A stretch of DNA of 62,451 bases from assembly GCA_964532425.1 (NCBI GenBank), contig CAZHIA010000009.1, forward strand, positions 1-62,451. The letters run 5' to 3'. This document shows positions 42,247-50,898 of the stretch, one piece after another. A program made the translations under genes and the position numbers. The DNA comes from an uncultured Candidatus Saccharibacteria bacterium. Lineage in GTDB: Bacteria > Patescibacteriota > Doudnabacteria > UBA920. The notes under the pieces are model-generated. The model did not search any database, had not been told where the DNA came from, and was given only the letters and a program-made list of their open reading frames with translations. The first letter of the stretch is position 1, and each line of letters begins with the position of its first letter.

Positions 42247-43563
42247 TTACTGCTGCAACTGCCGCAGCGTGGCTGCCTGTTGCTCAGCTTGTTGCAGTGC
42301 TTGGTCGGGCGGGATCGATTTCAGGATGACATTGTCAATCATTTGTCCCATAAGCTGGTCCATCCGCGCCTGGTCCGGCCGGTAAAAGGCTTTGGAGGTC
42401 AGGTTGGCATTGGCAAATACCCCAATGTCCGGATCGTTCGCCTGCATTTCTATCAAATCCCGGCGAGCTGAAGGATATTTGGTTTTGGCATAGAAGCTGT
42501 CCAGCTGGGGTTTTTGCGTAATGAAATTCAGGAAGTCCCAAGCCCACGGTGCGCTCTTGCTCTGTTTGGAAACCACCTCGCCCCAGTAGTTGGAAAAATT
42601 GACGGCTGGCTGGTCCAAATTTGGCTGAGGCACCGGAGCGACATCAAAATTCAAATTCGGGGATTTCTGCAAAATGGTCTGCCGGGTATAGGAATAGCTG
42701 TAAAGGAAGGCGGCCCGGCCGTTGGCAAAAGCATCTATGGAATAATCGCTCTTATAATTCCAGTTATAATTCGGGGTTAACGGATTGGCGAATGACGTGT
42801 AGAAGGATAGTGCGTCCGATCCCGGAGAAATACTCTTGCCGTCCTGCTGCAGGCTCTGGGCAAACTGCGGCGTGGTCCCGTCCGAAGAATATGGCACGGT
42901 CCCCTTCTGCAGCATCATCAAGTATAAAATATCCACCGCCCGGTTGATGTTCGTGTTGGTCCCGAGCGCGGCACCACTGACCGTAAAATAGCCGTATTTA
43001 TCCTGACGCTTCACTTTCTGCACATCCTGCACCAGCTCCAGCCAGGTTCGCGGCGGCGTACCAATACCGGCACTGCCGAGCAAATCCTTGTTATAGTACA
43101 GCGCCAGCGAGTCCACATACAAAGGGACTCCGTAAATTTTGCGGTCCCTGGTAAAATCCTGCACCGCCACATCCACGAATGCATTCTTGTAATAGTTGAA
43201 GGTCATGGCTTTGTCCGTGGCGGGCGCAACCTTATCGATATATTTCGGCAGCCAGGAATTGTTAATGGCAAAAATATCCGGGCCAGTTCCGGCAGCCAGG
43301 TTGTTGATCAAATCTGATTCGTACGTATCGATATTTTTTTTGGTATACACAATATGGACGTTGGGATGCACTTTGGTATATGCATCAATCAGCGGCTGAA
43401 TCGTGTCCGTTTCCTCGAACGGCATCCACATGGTCAACTGCACCTGCTGATTGGCATTATTATTGCTATTGCCGCAGCCGTACGTCCCTAACGCCAAAGA
43501 AACCACCGCCATCAGGGCAGGAAGTTTCTTTAAGATTTTTTTCATTTGGATTTTTATTTTCAT
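42247..43563 (-). CDS. ABC transporter substrate-binding lipoprotein (family 1, sugar-type)
   Basis: Lipobox LALGTYGC, length and pattern of extracellular solute-binding family 1. No permease or ATPase adjacent. Confidence 0.8.
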   Translation of the reverse strand: MKIKIQMKKILKKLPALMAVVSLALGTYGCGNSNNNANQQVQLTMWMPFEETDTIQPLIDAYTKVHPNVHIVYTKKNIDTYESDLINNLAAGTGPDIFAINNSWLPKYIDKVAPATDKAMTFNYYKNAFVDVAVQDFTRDRKIYGVPLYVDSLALYYNKDLLGSAGIGTPPRTWLELVQDVQKVKRQDKYGYFTVSGAALGTNTNINRAVDILYLMMLQKGTVPYSSDGTTPQFAQSLQQDGKSISPGSDALSFYTSFANPLTPNYNWNYKSDYSIDAFANGRAAFLYSYSYTRQTILQKSPNLNFDVAPVPQPNLDQPAVNFSNYWGEVVSKQSKSAPWAWDFLNFITQKPQLDSFYAKTKYPSARRDLIEMQANDPDIGVFANANLTSKAFYRPDQARMDQLMGQMIDNVILKSIPPDQALQQAEQQAATLRQLQQ

Positions 43564-43583
43564 AGTTGAATATTAGAATTTCA

Positions 43584-44483
43584 CTACAGTTTCAATGTCT
43601 TCAAATAATCCCCGAATTCTTTGCTCAGGTCCTCGTGACGCAAACCATACTCGACGACCGTCTTTAAGTATTCCAGCTTGTTTCCGCAATCACGGTATTT
43701 ACCGCCTTTGATCTCCTTGGTCAGGCACGCGCGCTTGCGCTCGAGCAGAATATTGATGGCGTCCACATAAACGAGTTCGCGCGGCGTATTATCCTGGTTA
43801 CTCATGCGGTGCATGGCCTCGGCAATCGCGTCGAACATTTCCGGATCATAGACCGCGCCGCCAATAATCGCGTAATCGGAATCGATCATGCCGACTCCGG
43901 GCTTTTCGACAATCTTCTCGATCTGCAGCAACCCATTCTCTATCTCCTGACCACTGGCATACCCATAGCGCTTGTAGTCCTCGGGACGGTTGGTGCGGAT
44001 GCTGGCCAAAATTGCGGAGGCTCCAGGGTTCTGTTCGTATGCTGCCACCAGTTGCTGGCAACGCGTCGGCTCCGCATCAATGAACTCATCGCCCCACAGC
44101 ACAATGAACGGCTCATTGCCTACTATGTCACGGGCGTTCCAGATCGGCGTCGCGTTCCCAAGGGGACCGCGCTGGCGCACGTAATAAAAATTGGCCATAT
44201 CGGCAATGCGGCGGATCTCTTCCAGCTCATCATACTTGCCGGACTCTTCCAGGCGCTTCTCGAGCTCGAACGGATAATCGAAATGATCCTCAATGCTACG
44301 CTTGCTCCAACCGGTGACAATGACAATATCTTCAATCCCGGCTGAGACCGCGTCTTCCACCACATACTGAATGATCGGCTTGTCTACAATCGGCAGCATC
44401 TCTTTGGGCTGCGCCTTGGTCGCCGGCAGGAACCTGGTACCGTAACCAGCCGCCGGAATAACAGCTTTTCGTACTTTTTTCAT
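43584..44483 (-). CDS. galU: UTP--glucose-1-phosphate uridylyltransferase
   Basis: KAVIPAAGYGTRFLPATKAQPKEMLPIVDKPIIQY. Confidence 0.93.
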   Translation of the reverse strand: MKKVRKAVIPAAGYGTRFLPATKAQPKEMLPIVDKPIIQYVVEDAVSAGIEDIVIVTGWSKRSIEDHFDYPFELEKRLEESGKYDELEEIRRIADMANFYYVRQRGPLGNATPIWNARDIVGNEPFIVLWGDEFIDAEPTRCQQLVAAYEQNPGASAILASIRTNRPEDYKRYGYASGQEIENGLLQIEKIVEKPGVGMIDSDYAIIGGAVYDPEMFDAIAEAMHRMSNQDNTPRELVYVDAINILLERKRACLTKEIKGGKYRDCGNKLEYLKTVVEYGLRHEDLSKEFGDYLKTLKL

Positions 44484-44554
44484 ACAAATATTATACCATT
44501 TTACATGTAATAATAAAATATCACTGTCGTATGGTATAAGACGGATAAACGTTA

Positions 44555-45063
44555 ATATATCGAATCTACGAATAAGACCTGCCTACCGGCAGGCAGGCGA
44601 ATCTACGAAGGGCTACGAATCCCTACTGCGCAATACGCGATGCGGCAAGGCAGACTTTGCCCAAAAGTTAATTAATAAACCAATTCTAAATCTAAAATTT
44701 TAATATACCTTTGCACTTGTGAAAAATCATCGCGATTTAAAAAAGGTTTCGCTTTACACTCAACCAAAATCTTATCATATAAAATAAAGTCGACACGGTT
44801 CCCTGTTCCACTCACAACCAACTCTCTCCGAATGGGGATATTTAACTCCTGAGCTCTTTTCTCAAATAAATCATTGAATTGTTTTTCCTTAGCAAAGTGA
44901 CCTAATCTATTTTGTACATAAAAACATATTCCAGCTATCTGGAAGCATTCATCAGCATACAAGACTTTAATTTTATCCACTTTATATCTTGTACTCATTC
45001 GTTTATTCGTAGTCCTTCGTAGATTCGTTCTGCGGACTGGCAGAATTCGTAGATTCGATATAT
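44555..45063. mobile_element. candidate mobile unit: GxxExxY gene bracketed by ~65-nt terminal inverted repeats
   Basis: atatatcgaatctacgaat (44555-44573) is the exact reverse complement of 45045-45063. The inner segment gaatctacgaagggctacgaat (44599-44620) matches the rc of 45005-45026 at 21/22. The mobility call is inference only. Confidence 0.4.
44672..44998 (-). pseudogene. GxxExxY / PD-(D/E)XK-like family gene, C-terminus probably frameshifted
   Basis: 108-aa ORF (LGHFAKEKQF, VDFILYDKILVECKAK, QVQRYIKIL). The expected GLLINF motif (RIGLLINFWAK..) is readable only in another frame, between 44613 and about 44690. Confidence 0.6.
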
Positions 45064-46565
45064 TAATCTGCCTTGGGCCGGTATTGAATCGCTTCGGCCA
45101 AATGTTTTGTAGTGATCACTTCAGACTGATCGAGATCCGCTATGGTCCGAGCGACTTTCAGGATGCGGTGCAAGCTGCGGCCGGAAAAATTATAACTCTT
45201 CATCGCCTGGCGCAGTACCATATCCTCCTGGGCACCGAGGACGCAAAATTTCTTGATTTCGACGATGTTCATTTCGCTGTTGGTCTTGCTGGACCCGAAG
45301 CGCCGATACTGGAGACTTCTCGCCTGCTGGACGCGCTGTTTGACCGCGGCCGAACTCTCTGCCGGCTGCTGTTGCATTTTTTCATACGGTAAACGCGGCA
45401 CTTCCACATGGAGATCGATGCGGTCGAGCAACGGACCCGAAACTTTTTTTTGATATTTAAAAATCTGGGACGGAGTGCAAACGCACCGCTTGGCATCATC
45501 GCCGAGGTATCCGCACGGGCACGGGTTTTGGGCGGCTACGAGCGTAAATTTTGCGGGAAACGAGCAGCTTCCAGCGGCTCGCGCGACAGTCACGACACCA
45601 TCCTCCAGCGGCTGGCGCAGCGACTCCAGAACGTTGCGTGGAAATTCCGGGAACTCGTCCAAAAACAAAATTCCGCGGTGAGAGAGCGTGATCTCGCCAG
45701 GCTTTGGATTGGCCCCGCCGCCGACCAGCGCCACGTTGGACGTGGTGTGATGCGGATGGCGCACCGGCCGACTCGTTACCAGGCCGCCACCCAGCTTGCC
45801 CGCAATACTATAGATCTTCGTCAGCTCCAGTGCTTCCTCAGCATTGAGATCAGGCAAAATACCTGCCATAGCCCGGGCCAACAGCGTCTTGCCGCTGCCT
45901 GGCGGACCGGAAAGTAACACGTTATGAGCACCGGCAGCGGCTATTTCCAAAGCGCGCTTGGCCAACTCCTGGCCGGCAATGTCTTTCATATCCATGGCCG
46001 GCTGCAAATTCTTCAAAATTTCTTCGGCTTTAAATGGAACCGCAGGTGCGAGCATCTCCAGCCCGGTCAAATGCATAAGCAATTGACCGAGTGAGCCAAC
46101 GGGATATACGATCACTCCGGACACCAAGGCCGCCTCCTGAATGTTGCCTTCGGGCACATACAGTTCGGCAATACCCAGCCGTTTGGCGAGCAATGCTACC
46201 GCAAGCACGCCCGGCACCGGGCGAAGCTTGCCATCAAGTGACAACTCACCTAAAAACAGTTTGCACTGGGGGTCAAACGAGGTCTGGCCGCTTGCCAATA
46301 AAATCGCCAGGGCTATAGGCAAGTCAAAGTGCGTTCCCAACTTGGGCACATCTGCCGGTGCCAGATTCACACTGACTCGGGTCGGCGGATAAGTGCAGTC
46401 CGAATTTTTAATAGCTGATTTGACCCGTTCCCGGCTCTCCTGCACGGCAGTATCAGGCAGACCCACTACGATCGTAGCAGGCAAGCCATTCGTTACATCA
46501 GCCTCTACTTCGATCAACTCTCCGTCAAGGCCGATAACTGCTGCTGAAAACACTTTGGATGTCAT
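45063..46565 (-). CDS. comM: YifB/ComM family Mg-chelatase-like AAA+ ATPase
   Basis: Lon-like N-terminal domain, Walker A GPPGSGKTLLA and GILFLDEFPEF. Start at MTSKVF (46565), since the upstream codons are word repeats. Confidence 0.93.
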   Translation of the reverse strand: MTSKVFSAAVIGLDGELIEVEADVTNGLPATIVVGLPDTAVQESRERVKSAIKNSDCTYPPTRVSVNLAPADVPKLGTHFDLPIALAILLASGQTSFDPQCKLFLGELSLDGKLRPVPGVLAVALLAKRLGIAELYVPEGNIQEAALVSGVIVYPVGSLGQLLMHLTGLEMLAPAVPFKAEEILKNLQPAMDMKDIAGQELAKRALEIAAAGAHNVLLSGPPGSGKTLLARAMAGILPDLNAEEALELTKIYSIAGKLGGGLVTSRPVRHPHHTTSNVALVGGGANPKPGEITLSHRGILFLDEFPEFPRNVLESLRQPLEDGVVTVARAAGSCSFPAKFTLVAAQNPCPCGYLGDDAKRCVCTPSQIFKYQKKVSGPLLDRIDLHVEVPRLPYEKMQQQPAESSAAVKQRVQQARSLQYRRFGSSKTNSEMNIVEIKKFCVLGAQEDMVLRQAMKSYNFSGRSLHRILKVARTIADLDQSEVITTKHLAEAIQYRPKAD

Positions 46566-46570
46566 AATGC

Positions 46571-46611
46571 AATTGACAAAAATGACAAAAATGACAAAAT
46601 TGAACAAAATT
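46571..46611. repeat. tandem word repeat, family ttgacaaaat (single arm, period 9)
   Basis: aattgacaa aaatgacaa aaatgacaa aattgaaca aaatt, starting 6 nt from the comM ATG. No complementary arm found nearby. Confidence 0.75.
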
Positions 46612-46679
46612 CATCTTAAACAAAAGTGGAATACAATCGTATAACTACCGCATTTTCATCATATTACTACTCTATCTCC

Positions 46680-47204
46680 TCATCTCGAAACCGGATCATC
46701 CACTCGGGATTGTGACAAATAATGGAAAAGTAAAAGTAATACACCGACCGATATATACACATCTGCCACATTAAAGATACCTGTTCCGATCGCAAGAAAA
46801 TCCCGGACTGAGCCCAGCCAAATACGCTCAAATACGTTGGAACACGCTCCTGCAATGATCAGCACCCAGGCTAACAGCGCCACGGTACCAAGTGTCCACG
46901 CATGCAGGACGATGTGACGGAGGATAAAAAAGATAACTGTTGCATACACCAAGTACATAATTACGAGTGGTACACGCAGGCTGAATGCAAAATAATAATT
47001 CAAAAACGGGGTAACATGGATGATCGGGAGAAAGTGGCCGATCCAAAACAATTTATCCGGCCTGGTAAAGATAATCTGCTTGCTATATTGGTCGAAAAAA
47101 ATGAATACAAACAGCAAAAGCAACCAAAAAACGAAAGAAACCCTTCGTCGAGTTCTTTCGTTTTTCAAATCAAAATTATGTCGAGAATCCAATTGGTTGT
47201 TCAT
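46680..47204 (-). CDS. lspA: lipoprotein signal peptidase II
   Basis: DQYSKQ, VRDFL and FNVADVYISVG motifs. Start at MNNQLD (47204). Confidence 0.85.
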   Translation of the reverse strand: MNNQLDSRHNFDLKNERTRRRVSFVFWLLLLFVFIFFDQYSKQIIFTRPDKLFWIGHFLPIIHVTPFLNYYFAFSLRVPLVIMYLVYATVIFFILRHIVLHAWTLGTVALLAWVLIIAGACSNVFERIWLGSVRDFLAIGTGIFNVADVYISVGVLLLLFHYLSQSRVDDPVSR

Positions 47205-47235
47205 ACCAACCGTCAGCCAAACAAATTTGTTAATT

Positions 47236-47553
47236 TTATAAGGCTTTATCTGCCCAGGGTAGCACGCGCAAGCGCTCTTCGGAAATAGACTGGCCGTCAT
47301 CATCCGTGCCATACGTGCCCTGCTCAATCTTTTCCAGTGCTTTGCCGATTTTTTCCAGATCCGCCTTGATTGCCGCAATGGCGTCCTGATTAACTTCGTC
47401 CACATTCACTTCGTCGGCATTCTCATCTTCATCGTCTCCCATTTCCGTATGTTCTGAAAGGCCTGATAAATCATCCTCTAATCGTTGTTTTTCTGCAAGC
47501 AATTTTGCTTTCATCTCCGCTATGAACTCGGTGCTTAAAGAAGGAGTGCTCAT
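47236..47553 (-). CDS. DksA/TraR-like protein lacking the zinc-finger cysteines
   Basis: Coiled-coil N-terminus and IEQGTYGTDDDGQSISEERLRVLPWA, which is collinear with the DksA C4 region but has no Cys. Confidence 0.65.
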   Translation of the reverse strand: MSTPSLSTEFIAEMKAKLLAEKQRLEDDLSGLSEHTEMGDDEDENADEVNVDEVNQDAIAAIKADLEKIGKALEKIEQGTYGTDDDGQSISEERLRVLPWADKAL

Positions 47554-47669
47554 AATTGAATATCCTTGATAAATTAGATTGGTCTCACAAGTGAGTCTAT
47601 TATACCGTGATGCAGTAAATAACACAAAAACCGCTTAAAGCGGGTAGTGTATGCTCCGAAAAAATTGAA

Positions 47670-47697
47670 CAAAAAAAATAGCGCCTCTACGGCGCCC
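47670..47697 (-). terminator. Rho-independent terminator (a second one lies at 47626-47643)
   Basis: Minus strand reads ggcgc cgtag aggcgc-type hairpin (gcgcc 47681-85 / ggcgc 47691-95) followed by tattttttttg. Further downstream is ccgc uuua agcgg plus a U run. Confidence 0.7.
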
Positions 47698-48227
47698 CTT
47701 GTTGATATGTAAGGCGGTAAGAGGCGCTGTAACCCAGAATTAAGCTCGGCGAATCATCGCCGATGCTGCAGGGCTTAAACTGTTTAAGCCCTAAACCATC
47801 GGCAATAATCCACACTATTGCAATTCCAGGCCTTCCCGAACATGCTGCTCGGGAGAGCGTCTGAATCCCAATCTGATGTCAAACTGCACTTTAAACTTCC
47901 CTTGTGGTGACGAAAAGCCACCTAAACAAACCTTGCTTTTTTTCTTTTTTGTTTTGTGTTTTTTGGATTTTTGAAGCAAACCTGCTGTCTGCTGGGGAGA
48001 AGACAGCCTACATTTTTGTTTTTGTTTTTGCATGCAGCCTGGATTGGACAGGCTATGACGAGAAGTTTAAAGGAAACATGGCCTCAAATAGCTTTCAGGA
48101 CATGGATCCTCAGTTCAGTTACCCTGTACCGGAGTCCGCTTTAGCGGATGACTGGTACGGGGTCGACATCAAATATTTGGTTTTTAAAGTGCTTTTGATT
48201 TCTTGAAGTTTTCCACAACTCAACTGT
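47670..48227 (-). ncRNA. candidate ~550-nt non-coding transcript (class unknown)
   Basis: Own TTGACA-17-TATACT promoter and terminator. Multiple nested stems (gccgatg..catcggc enclosing agggcttaaac..gtttaagccct; ggctgtct..agacagc) and long A-rich tracts. The only ORF is a 72-aa Lys-rich low-complexity frame. Confidence 0.35.
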
Positions 48228-48233
48228 ATATTC

Positions 48234-48262
48234 AGTATATCAGGTAAATTTCCTGTTGTCAA
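48234..48262 (-). promoter_or_regulatory. sigma70-type promoter downstream of the exonuclease-helicase-like gene
   Basis: Minus strand reads TTGACA (rc of 48257-48262), 17 nt, TATACT (rc of 48234-48239). Confidence 0.6.
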
Positions 48263-48382
48263 TTGCAGTTAGTGTGGCGAAATATTTACTGCTTACTTAA
48301 GCCAACATTTCAACATTTCTTTGCTCAAATTCAAAAAATATGGCGGATTTTCAGTTATGAACAATTTGTGGATAACCTGTGT

Positions 48383-50791
48383 TTAAGCCTCTCTGATATC
48401 CACATTTGGCAATAAACTCAAGTATTCCTTAAATGATCGCGCGTAGTCTTTGGCTAGCTTGGTGTCGCAAACGTAGAGATTTTGAAGCGCTTGTGTATTG
48501 AAAAACTGCAAGAGGAGGTGGAAATTATATACGGCTTTAGGCAAACTGAACTCTACAAATGGTTCCTGAAAACGGGCAGAAACCGCTTGCTGATACGGGT
48601 GGGTGTACTGTTCGAACGGCAAATGGCACAAAAAAAGCGTTTTTACCGGCAAGCGTTCCACTTGCTCTGTGCCGGTTGCCGCCTGGATCTGCTTCAAAAT
48701 GAACTTATCAGTGGCAAGTAGGAGGCTATTTTGATGAATGGCAAAATTATGAAAGAGTTTATTACCACCCCCGGAGCTATTTTGTACCAATAAAAAGGCG
48801 TTTTTCTGCAATTCCTGATAATGCTCATCATAAAAACCCTTTACCTGGAGCTGAGAGCCAAACAAAACAGCTGCTGGCAAGGAATTTTCGCCAAGCAGGC
48901 CTACCAGATCCTTTGGGTCAAGTATCCGGGGTCGAAGATGGCAAGAAATATTGGCCGCTCTGACAGGCTTACCATTCAGGTCCCCAAACAAATCACCTTG
49001 GACTGTAATAACTCCGGACGGTTTTGAAACCGGCACTTCGGTATACTGCGATAATCCAAGACGGGTTTTAAAATAACCAATCAGCTGCTGGCTGCCAAGG
49101 GAATCGGCAAATGCATGCTTTTTATATTGGCTGAGCGCCTCATGGACGAGCGGGGCTATGTCGATCGGATTGCTAAAAAAGACAGTACGAGTCTCTGCCA
49201 GTTCGACCCAGCGCACCGTATTGGAATCTGCGGTAAAAAACGACCCGATACGGCTCATGACTCTTGTCAGCTCTGCAGAACCTAAAGCCTCATTCGCTTT
49301 GGCCAGTTCCTGGCAGTAATGTTCGCTTGCTGCTTTAACCTTCTGAAAATTTACCGACTGTTCTGCATCGCCAGACACGGTATAGTACTCGAAACCATTG
49401 CCATTTTGCCGCAACAGCGCGTTGGCTAATCCAAAAAACAAATCAGTCGCAGCTAAAGCCGCTGTTACCGTCTCCCGATACTGTTCAGCACCAGTGCCGA
49501 ATTCCGGATTATAAAAAGACTTGAGAATATAGAGCACATAACTCCAGCTAATTTTAACCCCCATGCGGCTGGAAATGAATTGCTCGAATTCCGACAATCC
49601 GGCAAAGATCACGAACCTCGACTTATACATGCCTTGTTCGGATAAAGCGGCGAAGGTCTCAAAATCGCAGCAAAGCACTTTTGGCACCTTTTTTTCTGAT
49701 AAAGCTTTGCCCGTAACCCAAGTTTTGAACTGACCGCCGAAAAACGAAAGGTTTAAGTCCAAAACGCACTCGTGCTGCCAATTCGTGTAGCGCCACACCA
49801 GCAATTTTAATAAAAATTTTCCTTGTTCTGGGGTCAATTCAGCACTTTGCTCGAGTGCCTGGAGTTTTTCCTCATCAAGTACATATTCCGGCGTAAATAC
49901 GGCATCCGCTTCCCCTTGTTTCCAAAGTTGCATGACTTGGCTCACTTTAGGCACGACAACTAAGACTTTCTGGCGCTGGGACTGCACGCTGCGAACGAGA
50001 TCGTACAGGCACGGCTTGCCAACCGGAAATTTCAAGAGGATTTCCTTGGATAAAGCAATGGGAAATTCCGTAGCCGGTTCGCGCTCTCCCGCTTGCAGCT
50101 GCAGCGGCTGGGCCGGCAATTCCACACCCAACAGCTCACACCAAGGAAAATTGAAATCACAGGACAATTTCAATATTTTTTCCTGCAGAGCAGCAGGAAA
50201 ACTGCGGTACAAAGCCAGCATCCGCTGGAGCAGCTCAATAGCCGCCTTGCTATCAGCCAAAGCCCGGTGTGCATTTTTGTGGTCGACCTGGAGGATATGC
50301 ATGAGATTCTCCAAGTTGTAACTATGATGTACAGGCAGCATAAACTGCACCAAGTCGAGCGTGTCGACAACAGGTCCATGGAAGACAATTCCTGTATGTT
50401 CCAAGAACTTGATGTCAAAAATCACGTTATGTCCGACAATTACAGCCGAACCCAGCTTCTGCTGTAAAATCTCTTTGTAATCCCCAAAGCCGGGTGCTAC
50501 AGCTAACTCCTCCGCAGTGATTCCGGTCAGACCAAAGATTGCCGCAGGCACCTCTCCCTCAGGCTTGAAAACCTGGGTAAACTCCTCAAGTATCTCCAGG
50601 TGGTGGTCGCGAATGCAAAAAAGCACGAAACCCACTTCCAAAATTTCATTCTTTAAAGGATCGAAACCCGAGGTTTCCAGATCCAAGCTGCAGTAGATAC
50701 GCTCGGGCGTTTCCGAAACTCTGGTGATTTCTTCGGTTTTTTTCATATTCTCGCTCATGCTTATATGCTTGATGTTAGGCAGGTTTGTCAC
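48383..50791 (-). CDS. DnaQ-type exonuclease fused to a DinG-like region with degenerate ATPase motifs
   Basis: Exo motifs SLDLETSGF, VGHNVIFDIKFL and HRALADSKAA. The remaining ~550 aa are collinear with a DinG-type helicase, but I see no GxGKT/S Walker A and no DEAH box. Confidence 0.75.
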   Translation of the reverse strand: MTNLPNIKHISMSENMKKTEEITRVSETPERIYCSLDLETSGFDPLKNEILEVGFVLFCIRDHHLEILEEFTQVFKPEGEVPAAIFGLTGITAEELAVAPGFGDYKEILQQKLGSAVIVGHNVIFDIKFLEHTGIVFHGPVVDTLDLVQFMLPVHHSYNLENLMHILQVDHKNAHRALADSKAAIELLQRMLALYRSFPAALQEKILKLSCDFNFPWCELLGVELPAQPLQLQAGEREPATEFPIALSKEILLKFPVGKPCLYDLVRSVQSQRQKVLVVVPKVSQVMQLWKQGEADAVFTPEYVLDEEKLQALEQSAELTPEQGKFLLKLLVWRYTNWQHECVLDLNLSFFGGQFKTWVTGKALSEKKVPKVLCCDFETFAALSEQGMYKSRFVIFAGLSEFEQFISSRMGVKISWSYVLYILKSFYNPEFGTGAEQYRETVTAALAATDLFFGLANALLRQNGNGFEYYTVSGDAEQSVNFQKVKAASEHYCQELAKANEALGSAELTRVMSRIGSFFTADSNTVRWVELAETRTVFFSNPIDIAPLVHEALSQYKKHAFADSLGSQQLIGYFKTRLGLSQYTEVPVSKPSGVITVQGDLFGDLNGKPVRAANISCHLRPRILDPKDLVGLLGENSLPAAVLFGSQLQVKGFYDEHYQELQKNAFLLVQNSSGGGNKLFHNFAIHQNSLLLATDKFILKQIQAATGTEQVERLPVKTLFLCHLPFEQYTHPYQQAVSARFQEPFVEFSLPKAVYNFHLLLQFFNTQALQNLYVCDTKLAKDYARSFKEYLSLLPNVDIREA

Positions 50792-50870
50792 TTCATTCTA
50801 ACACAGGCCGTTGCAAGTGGAAACTTGGAGCCAAAACGTGCAGGAACGAAATATTCCAACAGTCAAACAA

Positions 50871-50895
50871 AAAACTCCCCCTGCGGGGAGTTTTT
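50871..50895 (-). terminator. Rho-independent terminator after recA
   Basis: aaaactcccc ctgc ggggagttttt, the same stem as the 16058-16085 terminator. Confidence 0.8.
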
Positions 50896-50898
50896 GCA

